NCBI RefSeq assembly: GCF_032062105.1 | Contig: NW_026934361.1 | Coordinates: 1 to 59,556 of the forward strand | Origin: Saccostrea cucullata | Taxonomy: Eukaryota | DNA length: 59,556 nt | Direction: 5' to 3' | Part shown: piece by piece, positions 59,101 to 59,556 of the stretch | Layout of the letters: each line of letters begins with the position of its first letter | Numbering within the stretch: the stretch's first letter is position 1 | Position numbers and translations under genes: made by a program | The notes under the pieces: model-generated | The model's database searches: none | The model's input: only the letters and a program-made list of their open reading frames with translations | Told to the model about the DNA's origin: nothing

Positions 59101-59556
59101 CCCAGTGATTTGTTAAACTTTCTGTACAAGAAGTCACAGCAGAGGATGTTCACCGATTACTGCTCTTTAATGAATATTAAATTAGGTCACTATAAACTAC
59201 TTTAACACCCATACAAGACTAAAACAAATTGTAGCAAAATAAGATTCATATTCTGTGAATCATGAATGTATTCAGAATTTTATACTTATCATTGTTTTGA
59301 TTTAGAGGTGAATTATATGTTATCAGTCTTGTATATTTTCTGTAGAGTTATATATTTTGGCCTGGATTATGAATGCTCACACAACCCACTGCATAATAAT
59401 ATAAACTCTGCTAATAGACATAAGAAAGTGGTATTTTTTATGAGCAATTTAAAACTGGTTATTTTTCCAAACTGCAGGAAATCAGATGAAATCAAAATCA
59501 GATTATATTTAATTACTCTGGGTTTTGTCCCCTTCAATGAAAGAATGCTTTAATTT

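Noticed and set aside
56156-59556. Terminal FBXL5 exons or other genes
   Set aside because: No Cys-rich FBXL5 C-terminus is recognisable; the short ORFs here look like intronic AT-rich or repeat sequence.

Overview
AT-rich, intron-containing animal DNA, most likely a bivalve mollusc such as an oyster (inferred from the HINE/Kolobok/Penelope repeat types, not proven). The centrepiece is a full-length but decaying Polinton/Maverick endogenous virus (12779-37901). It has AGTAGT termini, a 6-bp TSD (AAGGGT), TIRs of about 1.3 kb and the full core gene set: pPolB, packaging ATPase, integrase, minor and major capsid, adenain-like protease and core proteins. Its accessory genes are unusual: (1) a predicted N-myristoylated protein built on a CRESS-DNA-virus Rep HUH domain with a degenerate catalytic motif, with circovirus-type NAGTATTAC nonamers at both inner TIR edges; (2) a macrodomain; (3) an IAP; (4) a RING protein; (5) an unrecognised W...W...QD tandem-repeat family found inside both TIRs and once internally. 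The Polinton is the middle layer of an apparent five-level nest of transposons (11341-39309). To the left are an ISL2EU-type transposon (THAP-DDE transposase plus convergent SAP/SWIM/YqaJ gene) and a 4-exon CYYR1-like gene. To the right are a Penelope fragment, MITEs and HINEs, and the head-to-head host genes SPMIP1/ATP6V1FNB-like and FBXL5 (3' end not found in the window). All calls come from reading the sequence; no searches were run.
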